Part shown: positions 34,925-43,990 of the stretch, in pieces
Position numbering within the stretch: position 1 is the first letter of the stretch
Layout: each line of letters begins with the position of its first letter
Virus record (IMG/VR): IMGVR_UViG_3300033067_000068
Coordinates: 1-59,658 of that record
DNA: 59,658 nt
Source: a virus
Taxonomy: Duplodnaviria > Caudoviricetes
Reading direction: 5' to 3' (one strand)
Made by a program: the position numbers and the translations under genes
The notes under the pieces: model-generated
What the model was told of the DNA's origin: nothing
What the model saw: only the letters and a program-made list of their open reading frames with translations
Database searches by the model: none

Positions 34925-36018
34925 ACAAAGAAGCAATGAAGCTGGTGCTGGAGGCCGCATATCTGGCTGGATGGAACGCAAGCGGAGAAGGCTATAACTC
35001 CGAATACCCATTTGGCGACCATGCCAGAAATCCAGAAGAAGATGCTGCTTGGATAAAAGACCGTGATAACGCCCTGCGAAAAGCACTGGCAGAGCAGCCA
35101 GCTATTAAGCAGGACTTAACACCTGAGCAGCCAGCACAGCCGCAGCAGGAGCCGGTGGCGGATGAAGTTAGGTGTCCCGAGTGTGGATATCTTACAAAAC
35201 ACACTGAGCACATTGGATGTCTGCGAAAGCAACTCAACGCCATCAATGCTTTTGAGCAACGCAACTTTGCAATTGTGAATATGGACAAATTTCCACCAGC
35301 ACAGCAGATCAACCAAGAGACGCGCATCAAGAACGGTCTGAAGTATTCACCCAACTACGTGGCTGGGTACAACGACGGCTTGAAGGCGGCACTGGCAGAG
35401 CAGCCAGCACAGCAGGAGCCGGGCCGGAATCATTGGGAAGACGGTGATGTATTTGAGCGCATCGGTGCAATGAAAAAGCAGCCAGCACAGCCGCAGCAGG
35501 AGCCAGTGGCGTGGCTTATTGCGTATGAGGTGTGTTGCGGCCGAAAAAACAGGGGATCAAGTCTGAAAAAGTTTGACGAGGTTTGGGCCAAGTGCAGCTT
35601 TGTGTCTGAAGACAAAGATGCCGAAATCAATGCATCTAAATGGCGCAACAGAAAAGAAACAGCCCTCTACACATCCCCACCAGCACAGCAGCAGGAGCCG
35701 CAACCGCCATACGAGTTTGAACGGTATGTGGCTGGAAGCCTGCGGGCGCAAGGCGTAAGGGTGGAACGAGCGACAACTCTGGCAGACGCCATGAGGATTG
35801 CCGCCAAAATTTGCCCTCCAGCAAACCCGCCATCAGCGCCTACGGTGCTGGTCTACACATCCCCACCAGCACAGCGCAAGCCGCTTACGGCTGAGCAGCG
35901 ATTAACGCTGTTTATTGAGCTAAATAAGCCTTGCGTGCAAGTCAGTGGGCCAAGTGAAATGTTTGACATCATCGTCCGAGCCATCGAAGCCGCCCATCAG
36001 ATTGGAGTAAAGAAATGA
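34921..36018 (+). CDS. mosaic protein built from cassettes joined by QPAQ(P)QQEP linkers
   Basis: Recurrent ALAEQPAQ / QQEPVA / YTSPPAQ segments; C-terminal RKPLT...RAIEAAH.I. Confidence 0.8.
   Translation: MNKEAMKLVLEAAYLAGWNASGEGYNSEYPFGDHARNPEEDAAWIKDRDNALRKALAEQPAIKQDLTPEQPAQPQQEPVADEVRCPECGYLTKHTEHIGCLRKQLNAINAFEQRNFAIVNMDKFPPAQQINQETRIKNGLKYSPNYVAGYNDGLKAALAEQPAQQEPGRNHWEDGDVFERIGAMKKQPAQPQQEPVAWLIAYEVCCGRKNRGSSLKKFDEVWAKCSFVSEDKDAEINASKWRNRKETALYTSPPAQQQEPQPPYEFERYVAGSLRAQGVRVERATTLADAMRIAAKICPPANPPSAPTVLVYTSPPAQRKPLTAEQRLTLFIELNKPCVQVSGPSEMFDIIVRAIEAAHQIGVKK
35083..35875 (+). repeat. interspersed repeats with core CCAGCACAGC
   Basis: Core near 35131, 35296, 35404, 35482, 35680, 35866; identity extends to ~24-36 nt between several pairs. 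Confidence 0.88.
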
Positions 36019-36530
36019 AGTTTCACCCATTGCCGCCAGTTGATTTGTTGCGAGAATTGTTGACCTATTGCCCTGAAACTGGCGTTTTTCGCTGGAAGAA
36101 AACTCTCAGCAATCGCGCAAAAGCAGGCAGTCAAGCCGGTGCGCCAAACGGAAAGTGTTACGTTGAAATCAAGATCGACAAGAAGGTTTATAAGGCTCAT
36201 CGCCTTGCATGGCTGTATGTCTATGAGCAAGACCCCGAACAATTTGAAATTGACCACAAGGACTTGAACAAAGGCAACAACAGCATTTGCAATTTGAGAC
36301 TTGTCACCCGTAAACAGAACAACGAGAACATCCCGAAACCAAGAAACAACACATCAGGCGTTCGAGGGGTGAGTTACCAAAAGAAAGACAACAAGTGGAC
36401 TGCCTACATTTACCACAACAAGAAACGGGTTCATCTGGGCAGCTTCAAAGACTTGTCGCTTGCTGCGATCGCAAGGAGAAACGCAGAGGCTCAGATGTTC
36501 ACGCACTCCGGCATCAAGGAGAACACATGA
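36015..36530 (+). CDS. HNH homing endonuclease with AP2-like C-terminus
   Basis: YKAHRLAW, IDHKDLNKGNNSICNLR, NTSGVRGVS...W.A.I...LGSF. Confidence 0.88.
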   Translation: MKFHPLPPVDLLRELLTYCPETGVFRWKKTLSNRAKAGSQAGAPNGKCYVEIKIDKKVYKAHRLAWLYVYEQDPEQFEIDHKDLNKGNNSICNLRLVTRKQNNENIPKPRNNTSGVRGVSYQKKDNKWTAYIYHNKKRVHLGSFKDLSLAAIARRNAEAQMFTHSGIKENT

Positions 36531-36661
36531 ATTGGCAACGCATCATTTGCTGGATTCTCATGCCAGCCAAACAAACCACCGACCCCAACTGCCCTCACTG
36601 CCGAGGCTTGGGTTATGACGCAAGCGGGTATGCATGTACCTGCGTGAAGGAGAAAAAATGA
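36527..36661 (+). CDS. small Cys-rich protein
   Basis: AAGGAG RBS; CPHCRGLG...CTC. Confidence 0.6.
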   Translation: MNWQRIICWILMPAKQTTDPNCPHCRGLGYDASGYACTCVKEKK

Positions 36662-36999
36662 ACATCGTGCAGATGGTCACTGTATTCAAAGCCCTGATGC
36701 GAGGGCCAGCCAGTCGACTTGATCTGGCAGCGAGGACCGACGTGCCGCCCAAGACTGTGGGCAAGCTACTAACCGAACTCAAGCGGCAGAAGATGATCTA
36801 CGTTGTCGGATACTCCAACGAAGTCGATGGGCGCAACAGAGTTAAGCTGTATACCTTCGGTGAAGGCGAAGACGCGCAGCCTAAGAGCACGCAGTCACAG
36901 GAAGACCGCAGCCGCAAAAGCTATGTGAAGAAGCTGGCCGCGCAGAGGCAGGCAAACATCAAGACAACATTTGTTGGTGGGAAAGGACTATGGCAATGA
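36658..36999 (+). CDS. winged HTH protein
   Basis: GPASRLDLAARTDVPPKTVGKLLTELK...IYV. Confidence 0.7.
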   Translation: MNIVQMVTVFKALMRGPASRLDLAARTDVPPKTVGKLLTELKRQKMIYVVGYSNEVDGRNRVKLYTFGEGEDAQPKSTQSQEDRSRKSYVKKLAAQRQANIKTTFVGGKGLWQ

Positions 37000-37202
37000 C
37001 CAACATAAAGATGACCAGCGACCAGTTCGCAGTGGTAGACGTCAACAACAAGTGGCTGGATGCTAAGAAGTATTCGCCGCCAAGAGGAGCAAAGATGCTG
37101 ATGATTGATAGAAAGTTGGGCGTCGCTGTCCTTGGTGTGTGGCGCGACGCTGACCGCTGGACACATTGGTGCCCACTGCCAACATTTGAGCGAGAAGAGT
37201 AA
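36990..37202 (+). CDS. DUF551-like small protein
   Basis: PPRGAKML...WTHWCPLP. Confidence 0.65.
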   Translation: MAMTNIKMTSDQFAVVDVNNKWLDAKKYSPPRGAKMLMIDRKLGVAVLGVWRDADRWTHWCPLPTFEREE

Positions 37203-37453
37203 TGCCACGTAGATACGCATCACATGAAATTCGTGCAGCACTGCGAGCCAGACCTGATGGCATGACGCTCAACGAACTAGTCGCTCTGTTCCCAGACAGA
37301 GCACGGTACAACATACGCAAGTCCCTGCAGAACCTGCCTGACGCATACATCGACCGTTGGGAGTCAGCCCCAAGTAAGGCTTACAAGGCAGTATGGTGCG
37401 TGGTTATCCCACCGGAGGATTGCCCACATCCAACCAAAGGAAAAACAAGATGA
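37202..37453 (+). CDS. HTH-like protein
   Basis: IRAALRARPDGMTLNEL...PDAYIDRW...PPEDCPHP. Confidence 0.65.
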   Translation: MPRRYASHEIRAALRARPDGMTLNELVALFPDRARYNIRKSLQNLPDAYIDRWESAPSKAYKAVWCVVIPPEDCPHPTKGKTR

Positions 37454-37737
37454 ACCCAGACTGGACTACAGAGGAAGAAGAGATCATGCAGCAAATGCTC
37501 AGACAAACAACAAATGGTATCAGCGCCGACGACATACAAGCAGGCGGCTCGCACTACAAGGACATGAGCGTACAGCCATGGACCGTGATGGAAGCACTGC
37601 TTACAAGAGATGAGTTTATTGGCTATCTCAAGGGCAACCTCATCAAGTACGGCATGCGCCAAGGCAAGAAAGATTCACCAGACGCAGAGAAGTGGCACCA
37701 CTACAACATGAAGCTCAAAGAAATAAGGGGGTACTGA
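37450..37737 (+). CDS. DUF3310 (SaV/gp1.7-like) protein
   Basis: QAGGSHYK..VQPW...GYLKGNLIKY..R..KK...DAEK..HY. Confidence 0.8.
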   Translation: MNPDWTTEEEEIMQQMLRQTTNGISADDIQAGGSHYKDMSVQPWTVMEALLTRDEFIGYLKGNLIKYGMRQGKKDSPDAEKWHHYNMKLKEIRGY

Positions 37738-37738
37738 T

Positions 37739-38056
37739 ATGTTCGGAAACTTAATGCACGCCCTTATAGGTCAGAGCCCACTACAAAACGCTGCCAACGG
37801 AGGATTTCCTAGTGCTATCGCCAACCACACTACAACCCAACTCAGCGCAATGCTGGGCCAAGATCGCCAAGCCCGTAGAGCCATAAGTAAAAAAATCTTC
37901 CATGGCAACATTGAAGTCAACCAAGTGGCCAACGGCTACGTAGTCAACATCGCAACACGCGAGGGCTACGAGTACGAGACGCACATCGCGCACACCATCA
38001 CTGAAGTCAACGAAATCATTGCTGCCGCAATGGTCGCATTCCAACTGGAGAAATAA
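37739..38056 (+). CDS. hypothetical protein
   Basis: IEVNQVANGYVV motif; coupled to the next gene. Confidence 0.7.
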   Translation: MFGNLMHALIGQSPLQNAANGGFPSAIANHTTTQLSAMLGQDRQARRAISKKIFHGNIEVNQVANGYVVNIATREGYEYETHIAHTITEVNEIIAAAMVAFQLEK

Positions 38057-38496
38057 TGAGCGTAGATCAAATTGAACTGTGGCACAAGCGTGCCAGACCA
38101 AAACCAACAGGGGAGGACTTTAGTGTCCAGCTGGGTTGTCACTTTGAGGAGATCGTTGAGATGATCGACACGTTGGACTTCAGCTCTGATGGTGTGGAGT
38201 ACGAGGTTCGCTCGACCCGAGTAGCCCTCAACGCATTGGCACGTATGCTCAAGAGCGGCGAGCTGTCTGCAAGCATTAACGACCGCAAGGAATTCCTCGA
38301 CTCCATTGGCGATCAGGTTGTCACTGGTGTTGGCTGTGGGCACTGCGCTGCTATGAAGACTACACAGGCCGTCGCTGCAGTCAACAGCAGCAACTGGAGC
38401 AAGTTTGACAAGAACGGCCAGCCCATCTTCAACGAGCACGGCAAGATCGCCAAGGGTCCAGACTACACGCCACCCAACCTTGAAGGGATGTACTGA
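38056..38496 (+). CDS. MazG-like NTP pyrophosphohydrolase
   Basis: EEIVE...LDSIGD..VT...SNWSKF...GKIAKGPDY.PP. Confidence 0.82.
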   Translation: MSVDQIELWHKRARPKPTGEDFSVQLGCHFEEIVEMIDTLDFSSDGVEYEVRSTRVALNALARMLKSGELSASINDRKEFLDSIGDQVVTGVGCGHCAAMKTTQAVAAVNSSNWSKFDKNGQPIFNEHGKIAKGPDYTPPNLEGMY

Positions 38497-40451
38497 TGAC
38501 ACCCGTATATCTGGACTTTGAAAGTTTCTGGTCTACGACCCACACACTGAGCCGCATGTCTCCAACCGAGTACGTGCAGCACCCCGACACTGAAATCATT
38601 TCGGTGGCTATTCGTGAAGGCAACGAGCACACCTACGTGCTGTTCGGTGAGGAAAAGATCAGGCGTCACCTACAAGACATGGACTGGAGCGACAAGATGG
38701 CAGTCGGCCACAACATGTCAGGCTTCGATGCGATGATTCTGGCGTGGCGCTTTGGCATCAACCCAAAGATGTACGGCTGCACTGCTGCCATGGCAAGGTC
38801 CAAATACTCCAAGACTGGCACGTCTGTAGGCGGTAAATTCCTGACAGGGGTGTCACTCAAGAAGCTGGCGGCTGAGTTGAATATCGGTGCCAAGCTGGAC
38901 CTCGAAGCAACCAACACAAAGGGCAAGCACCTGTGTGACTTCAGCCCTGATGAGCTAGCTCAGATGGAAGAGTACAACAAGGTGGACACCGACCTGTGCG
39001 CTGAGTTGTTTTATAAGCTGGCCAAGGGTTTCCCCAAGGCAGAGTTGCTGCAGATCGACATGACTACACGTATGTTGGTTGAGCCAAAGTTCGAGCTTGA
39101 CTACGGCATGGTGAACAAGGCGCTGGAGGATGTGAAAGCTGAGAAGGCCAAGTCCCTCAACGACCTGTACGACTTGCTATTTACGCAAGCCGAGTCAGTG
39201 GCCCGTAAGCTTGAAGGCGACCCCACCGACCCTGAAGAGTATGTCCGCATGACCATGGCAAGCGCTGCCAAGTTCGGTGAACTGCTCAAGACTCGTGGCG
39301 TGGAAGTTCCCATGAAGCAGTCGCCCACCAACCCGGCCAAGATGACACCCGCACTGGCCAAGACTGACGATGCGTTCATCGCACTGCAAGACCACGAAGA
39401 CACTATCGTTGCTGCAGCTGCCCGTGTACGCCTTGAGGTCAAGTCCACACTGCTGGAGACTAGGCTCCAAGCGTTCATCAAGGCCGCTGACGCATGTGGC
39501 GGTCGCATCCCCGTGCCTCTCAAGTACGCTGGCGCTGACACCACTGGCCGCTGGTCCGGTGAGCAGTACAACATGCAGAACCTGCCGCGCATCAACCCCA
39601 AGAGTCCCAAGCCGTCCGACGCGCTGCGTAACTCACTGCGGGCCCCCAAGGGGCATAAGGTAGTCGTAGCTGACTTGTCCGGTATTGAATTGCGGGTCAA
39701 CCACTTCCTGTGGAAGGTCAAGCAGTCCATGGACCTGTACAACAACGACGTTGAGGCTGACCTGTACAAATCGTTTGCTGCTGCACGCTACGGCATCGAC
39801 GAGAGCGAGGTTACTAAAGATCAACGGCAGCTGGCCAAGATCGCGCAGTTGGGTCTGGGCTTCGGCGCTGGCGCTCCTACGTTCCGCAAGGTAGCCAAGC
39901 TGATGGGCGGTCTGGACTTGTCAGAAGCTGAGTCCCTCGAAGTTGTAACAGCGTGGCGTGACACGTACCACGACATTGTCAAAGGGTGGAAGTCTTTTCA
40001 GAACAGCCTGCCCAACATCGCTCAAGGCATCGAGACAGCCATCGACCCGTGGGGTATGTGCGTGACAGAAAAGAACGCCGTGCGCCTGCCGTCCGGTCGC
40101 AAGATTTACTACCCCGGCCTGACCAAACAGTCCGAAAACGGCAAGACCGAATGGTGGTATGGCAGTGGCCGATCCCGCGCTCGTATCTACGCTGGAAAAG
40201 GCGTTGAGAACTTGGTGCAAGCTCTTGCCCGTGACGTGATTGCGGAGCATGCCCTGACTATGTTCAAGCGCACTGGATACCGCCCATCGCTGGCGGTTCA
40301 TGACGAGTTGGTCTACATCGTTCCAGCTACCGTGGCTCAAGATGTGCTCGATGAATTGCAGGGCATCATGCGCAAAGGTGTGTCGTGGTGGCCAGAGCTA
40401 ATCACGTGGTCGGAGGGCGACTTGGGTGACACGTACGGCGAAGTGAAATAA
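38496..40451 (+). CDS. family A DNA polymerase with 3'-5' exonuclease
   Basis: ExoI YLDFES, HN..FD, TTGRWSG, motif A DLSGIELR, motif B R..AK...LGLGFG, motif C VHDEL. Confidence 0.92.
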   Translation: MTPVYLDFESFWSTTHTLSRMSPTEYVQHPDTEIISVAIREGNEHTYVLFGEEKIRRHLQDMDWSDKMAVGHNMSGFDAMILAWRFGINPKMYGCTAAMARSKYSKTGTSVGGKFLTGVSLKKLAAELNIGAKLDLEATNTKGKHLCDFSPDELAQMEEYNKVDTDLCAELFYKLAKGFPKAELLQIDMTTRMLVEPKFELDYGMVNKALEDVKAEKAKSLNDLYDLLFTQAESVARKLEGDPTDPEEYVRMTMASAAKFGELLKTRGVEVPMKQSPTNPAKMTPALAKTDDAFIALQDHEDTIVAAAARVRLEVKSTLLETRLQAFIKAADACGGRIPVPLKYAGADTTGRWSGEQYNMQNLPRINPKSPKPSDALRNSLRAPKGHKVVVADLSGIELRVNHFLWKVKQSMDLYNNDVEADLYKSFAAARYGIDESEVTKDQRQLAKIAQLGLGFGAGAPTFRKVAKLMGGLDLSEAESLEVVTAWRDTYHDIVKGWKSFQNSLPNIAQGIETAIDPWGMCVTEKNAVRLPSGRKIYYPGLTKQSENGKTEWWYGSGRSRARIYAGKGVENLVQALARDVIAEHALTMFKRTGYRPSLAVHDELVYIVPATVAQDVLDELQGIMRKGVSWWPELITWSEGDLGDTYGEVK

Positions 40452-40454
40452 TCG

Positions 40455-40482
40455 TTGACACCACTCATCAAGCTGCTACCAT
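40455..40482 (+). promoter_or_regulatory. sigma70 promoter with extended -10
   Basis: TTGACA-N16-TACCAT, preceded by TGn. Confidence 0.65.
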
Positions 40483-40548
40483 AGAGCTTCGGAACACAAA
40501 GCCCCAACCGTCAAATGACGCATTGGGGCGACACCGCATTGGAACAAC

Positions 40549-41205
40549 ATGACAAACCCAGCATGGACGTATAGCCAACTTGATACGTTCGAGACCTGCC
40601 CAAGAAAGTTCTACCACCTCAAGGTCAAGCGCGACATTGTCGAGCCACCTACGGTACACACTGAATGGGGTACAAGGGTACACACTGCCTTTGAGGACTT
40701 CATCAAAGACGGCGTCATGCTGCCTGAAGGCATGGACCAGTGGCAGAAGCTGGCGTTTAAGCTGGCTGCCCTGCCGGGTAAGAAGCTGTGCGAAATGGAA
40801 TACGCCCTCGACCGCAACTTCCAGCCAACAGCATGGAAGGGCGCATGGACTCGCGGCATCGCTGACTTGGTTGTCATCCACGGCAAGAACGCTGTGGTCG
40901 CAGACTACAAGACCGGCAAGCGTAAGCCCACAGAGCAGCTAGACCTGTACGCCAACTACGTGTTTGCCCACCACCCGGAAGTAGAGAAGGTGACAACCGG
41001 CTTCATCTGGCTTAAGGAAAAGAAGATTGACTGGAAGCCAGTGGAGCGCAAGGAAGTCCCCATCATCTGGCAGGGGTTCGTACCTCGTGTGGCCAAGCTG
41101 GAATCTGCATACGAGCGTGACAAGTGGCCAGCCAAAACGTCAGGGCTGTGTAAGGCGTGGTGCCCAGTATTGAGCTGTGAATTCAACGGGAGGAAGAATG
41201 GCTAG
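40549..41205 (+). CDS. PD-(D/E)XK (Cas4/RecB-like) exonuclease
   Basis: YSQL..FETCP, GT.VH, D...DYKTGK, C-terminal C..C....C. Confidence 0.85.
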   Translation: MTNPAWTYSQLDTFETCPRKFYHLKVKRDIVEPPTVHTEWGTRVHTAFEDFIKDGVMLPEGMDQWQKLAFKLAALPGKKLCEMEYALDRNFQPTAWKGAWTRGIADLVVIHGKNAVVADYKTGKRKPTEQLDLYANYVFAHHPEVEKVTTGFIWLKEKKIDWKPVERKEVPIIWQGFVPRVAKLESAYERDKWPAKTSGLCKAWCPVLSCEFNGRKNG

Positions 41206-41542
41206 TACCCCAGAAGGCAAGGTCAAAGAGGCCTGCAAGAAATACCTCAAGTCCATCGGCGCATGGTTCTTCATGCCTGTGTCCAATGGCATGGGACAAG
41301 TCGGTATCCCCGACATCATCTGCTGCTACCGTGGGCTGTTCGTGGCCATTGAGACCAAAGCTCCGGGCAAGCGTAACCAGACTACAGCCAACCAAGATCG
41401 AGTCATCGAGGCCATACAAAAAGCTGAAGGATTTGCTTGGGTAGTGGACAATCCTGATGATCTGAAAACCCTGTTCAATTCAATTGACATCTACTTCAAA
41501 CTGGAGGGACCAAATGCCGAAGTCAACACCCCGCAAACTTGA
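41198..41542 (+). CDS. VRR-NUC nuclease / resolvase
   Basis: TPEGKVK...GIPD...FVAIETKAPG...T..Q. Confidence 0.85.
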   Translation: MASTPEGKVKEACKKYLKSIGAWFFMPVSNGMGQVGIPDIICCYRGLFVAIETKAPGKRNQTTANQDRVIEAIQKAEGFAWVVDNPDDLKTLFNSIDIYFKLEGPNAEVNTPQT

Positions 41543-41780
41543 ATACCAAAAAGCCTACAACGCTCGCCCTGAAGAAGTGGCCAAGCGTGTGAAGAACAAC
41601 GCTGCACGGCGCGAAGCCATCAAAGACGGCAAGGCTAAAGTCGGTGATGGTAAGGACGTAGCCCACAAGAAGTCGCTGGAGAACGGCGGCGGCAACCACA
41701 AGTCCAACGTGACTGTGCAGGAACGTGCAACTAACCGTGGATGGAGAAAAGGCAGTGGCTCTTACAACCCAGACAAGTGA
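41514..41780 (+). CDS. small HNH-like protein
   Basis: GDGKDVAHKKSL..GG.N..SN......NR. Confidence 0.7.
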   Translation: MPKSTPRKLEYQKAYNARPEEVAKRVKNNAARREAIKDGKAKVGDGKDVAHKKSLENGGGNHKSNVTVQERATNRGWRKGSGSYNPDK

Positions 41781-41811
41781 GGAACGTGGCAACTGGAGTC
41801 GCCCACACCCG

Positions 41812-42015
41812 ATGACTCGGGCCCTGCCACTACCGTGGTTCGGTCGTACGGTTCCAGACGGCGTCACCGCCATCTCGATGATGCGCGACTACACCAATGA
41901 CCAGCTCACGGTTCGCTGGCGCATCAAGGGCGACCCCGAGATACACGAGATGCCATTCAATCAATCCGACGAAGGAGTCATGGCCGCACTGGCTGCAATG
42001 AAACTCACATGCTGA
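41812..42015 (+). CDS. hypothetical protein
   Basis: GGAG upstream of ATG; fills the gap before the helicase. Confidence 0.55.
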   Translation: MTRALPLPWFGRTVPDGVTAISMMRDYTNDQLTVRWRIKGDPEIHEMPFNQSDEGVMAALAAMKLTC

Positions 42016-43580
42016 TTCACAAAGAAAAAAAGGCGGTCGTACTCAAACTTCGCAATCCGACACGAGTAACGACTGTAATACCAACCTCAGTGTTGGTCGA
42101 GCACAAAGGCGCGACACTGGTAGCAGTGCCACACAGACCTGATGAAACTCGGGTGCTGCGTAACTTGGGCTTCGAGGTTCCTGACCCCATGCCCATGCAC
42201 TATGACTGGCCCAAGGTCAGTGGTAGGCACAGTCCGTTCTCCGCTCAACTGGAGACGGCATCGTTTCTGTCCATGAACAGCCGTGCGTTCTGCCTTAACG
42301 GCATGGGCACTGGCAAAACCAACAGCGCACTGTGGGCGTATGACTATCTGCGTCGTACCAAGACAGTCAAGAAGATGCTCGTTGTATGTCCGCTGTCCAC
42401 CATGGAGCGCACGTGGGCTGACTCTGTGTTCCAGACGTTCCCGCACCTAGACTGCGTGGTGCTGCACGGCTCCCGGGACAGGCGCAATAAGCTGCTCAAG
42501 CAGGACGTCCACGTGTACGTCATCAACATCGACGGGCTGGCCACCATCAAAGACGAACTGGCCAAGCGCCCTGACATTGACTTGGTCGTGATAGACGAGC
42601 TTGCGCTGGCACGTAACTCTGGAACGGACCGCTGGAAGATTCTGAACACCATATGCAACAAACAGTCGCCGCGCCGAGTGTGGGGTATGACAGGCTCACC
42701 AACGCCAAACGCTCCGACCGACGCATGGGCTCAATGTAAGCTGGTGACACCAGACAACTCCGCAGTGCCCAAGTATTTCAGTGCGTTCCGTGACCGCGTT
42801 ATGCGGCAGATCACACCGTTCAAGTGGGCAGCTAGGCAGGACGCCAACGACGCCGTGTACCAGATGATGCAGCCAGCTATCCGGTTCTCACTGGATGACT
42901 GCGTGGACTTGCCAGAGCAGACGTTCATCACCCGCGAGGTGGCCCTCACCAAGGAGCAGGACAAGGCCTACAAGGACATGATGAACAAGCTGGCTACCGA
43001 ATACTCCGGTGGGCAGATTCTGGCGGTTAACGAGGCTGTGAAGGCCAACAAGTTGATTCAGATCGCATGTGGTGTCGCATACGGGACAGATGGCGAAGAG
43101 GTTGTCATCCCATCCAAGCCACGCATGGACGTGCTCAAGGAAATCATCGAAGAGTCCGAAGGCAAAGTCATCGTGTTTGTGCCACTGACTGGCGCACTGG
43201 AAAGTGTGGCGTCAGAACTGCGTAAGGACTGGACGGTAGAAACGGTGCATGGCGGAACTAGCAAATCCGAGCGCGACCGAATTTTTGGTGAGTTTCAACG
43301 AGGCCTAGACCCTCGTGTGTTGGTGGCTAACGCATCGACCATGAGCCATGGGCTGACGCTGACTGCAGCTACTACCATCGTGTGGTACGCACCAGTTCAC
43401 TCGAATGAGACCTACGAACAGGCTTGTGCTCGCGTAAGGCGACCGGGCCAGACAAGAACCACAGTGATCGTTCACATTGCAGGTACGGATGTTGAGCGGC
43501 GTGTGTATAAGAGACTGCAAGACAAACAGTCTATGCAGGGTGTGTTACTCGACATGATGAAAGAGCGGATAGACCAATGA
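42009..43580 (+). CDS. SNF2-like SF2 helicase
   Basis: MGTGKT, IDEL, MTGSP.PN, HGLTLT, QA.AR..RPGQ. Confidence 0.9.
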   Translation: MLIHKEKKAVVLKLRNPTRVTTVIPTSVLVEHKGATLVAVPHRPDETRVLRNLGFEVPDPMPMHYDWPKVSGRHSPFSAQLETASFLSMNSRAFCLNGMGTGKTNSALWAYDYLRRTKTVKKMLVVCPLSTMERTWADSVFQTFPHLDCVVLHGSRDRRNKLLKQDVHVYVINIDGLATIKDELAKRPDIDLVVIDELALARNSGTDRWKILNTICNKQSPRRVWGMTGSPTPNAPTDAWAQCKLVTPDNSAVPKYFSAFRDRVMRQITPFKWAARQDANDAVYQMMQPAIRFSLDDCVDLPEQTFITREVALTKEQDKAYKDMMNKLATEYSGGQILAVNEAVKANKLIQIACGVAYGTDGEEVVIPSKPRMDVLKEIIEESEGKVIVFVPLTGALESVASELRKDWTVETVHGGTSKSERDRIFGEFQRGLDPRVLVANASTMSHGLTLTAATTIVWYAPVHSNETYEQACARVRRPGQTRTTVIVHIAGTDVERRVYKRLQDKQSMQGVLLDMMKERIDQ

Positions 43581-43963
43581 AATTATCAGAAGCCGTCACG
43601 CTGTACATACAGCTCCGTGACAAGAAAGCGCAGATGAAGTCAGAGTTTGAAGCCTCAGTTGCCCCCATCACTGACAAGATGGAAAAGCTCGAAGCCAAGC
43701 TACTGGACGTGTTCAACAAGACCGGCATGGACTCAGTACGGACTGAGCATGGTACGGCTTACACCGCTGTGCGTACAACCGCCAGCGTTGCAGATCGTGA
43801 AGCCTTCATGGAATTCGTGAAGGCCAACGAAGAGTGGAGCTTGCTTGAGGTGCGTGCATCAAAGACCGCCATTGAGCAGTTCCGCGACTCCAACGACAAC
43901 GAACTACCACCGGGCGTAAATATGCGCTCAGAGCGCGTTGTCAATATCCGCCGTTCGGCTTAA
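43577..43963 (+). CDS. conserved coiled-coil replication-module protein
   Basis: YIQLRD...SVRTEHGT...LPPGVN. Confidence 0.75.
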   Translation: MKLSEAVTLYIQLRDKKAQMKSEFEASVAPITDKMEKLEAKLLDVFNKTGMDSVRTEHGTAYTAVRTTASVADREAFMEFVKANEEWSLLEVRASKTAIEQFRDSNDNELPPGVNMRSERVVNIRRSA

Positions 43964-43990
43964 ACTCCTCCCCCCTTCACAGAGAAAATC

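Noticed and set aside
38496-40451. Z-genome or other modified-base polymerase system
   Set aside because: No PurZ, queuosine-pathway, thymidylate-synthase or glycosyltransferase genes recognised.
40549-41205. Cas4-like nuclease as part of a CRISPR system
   Set aside because: Sits in the replication module, as is usual for phage exonucleases.
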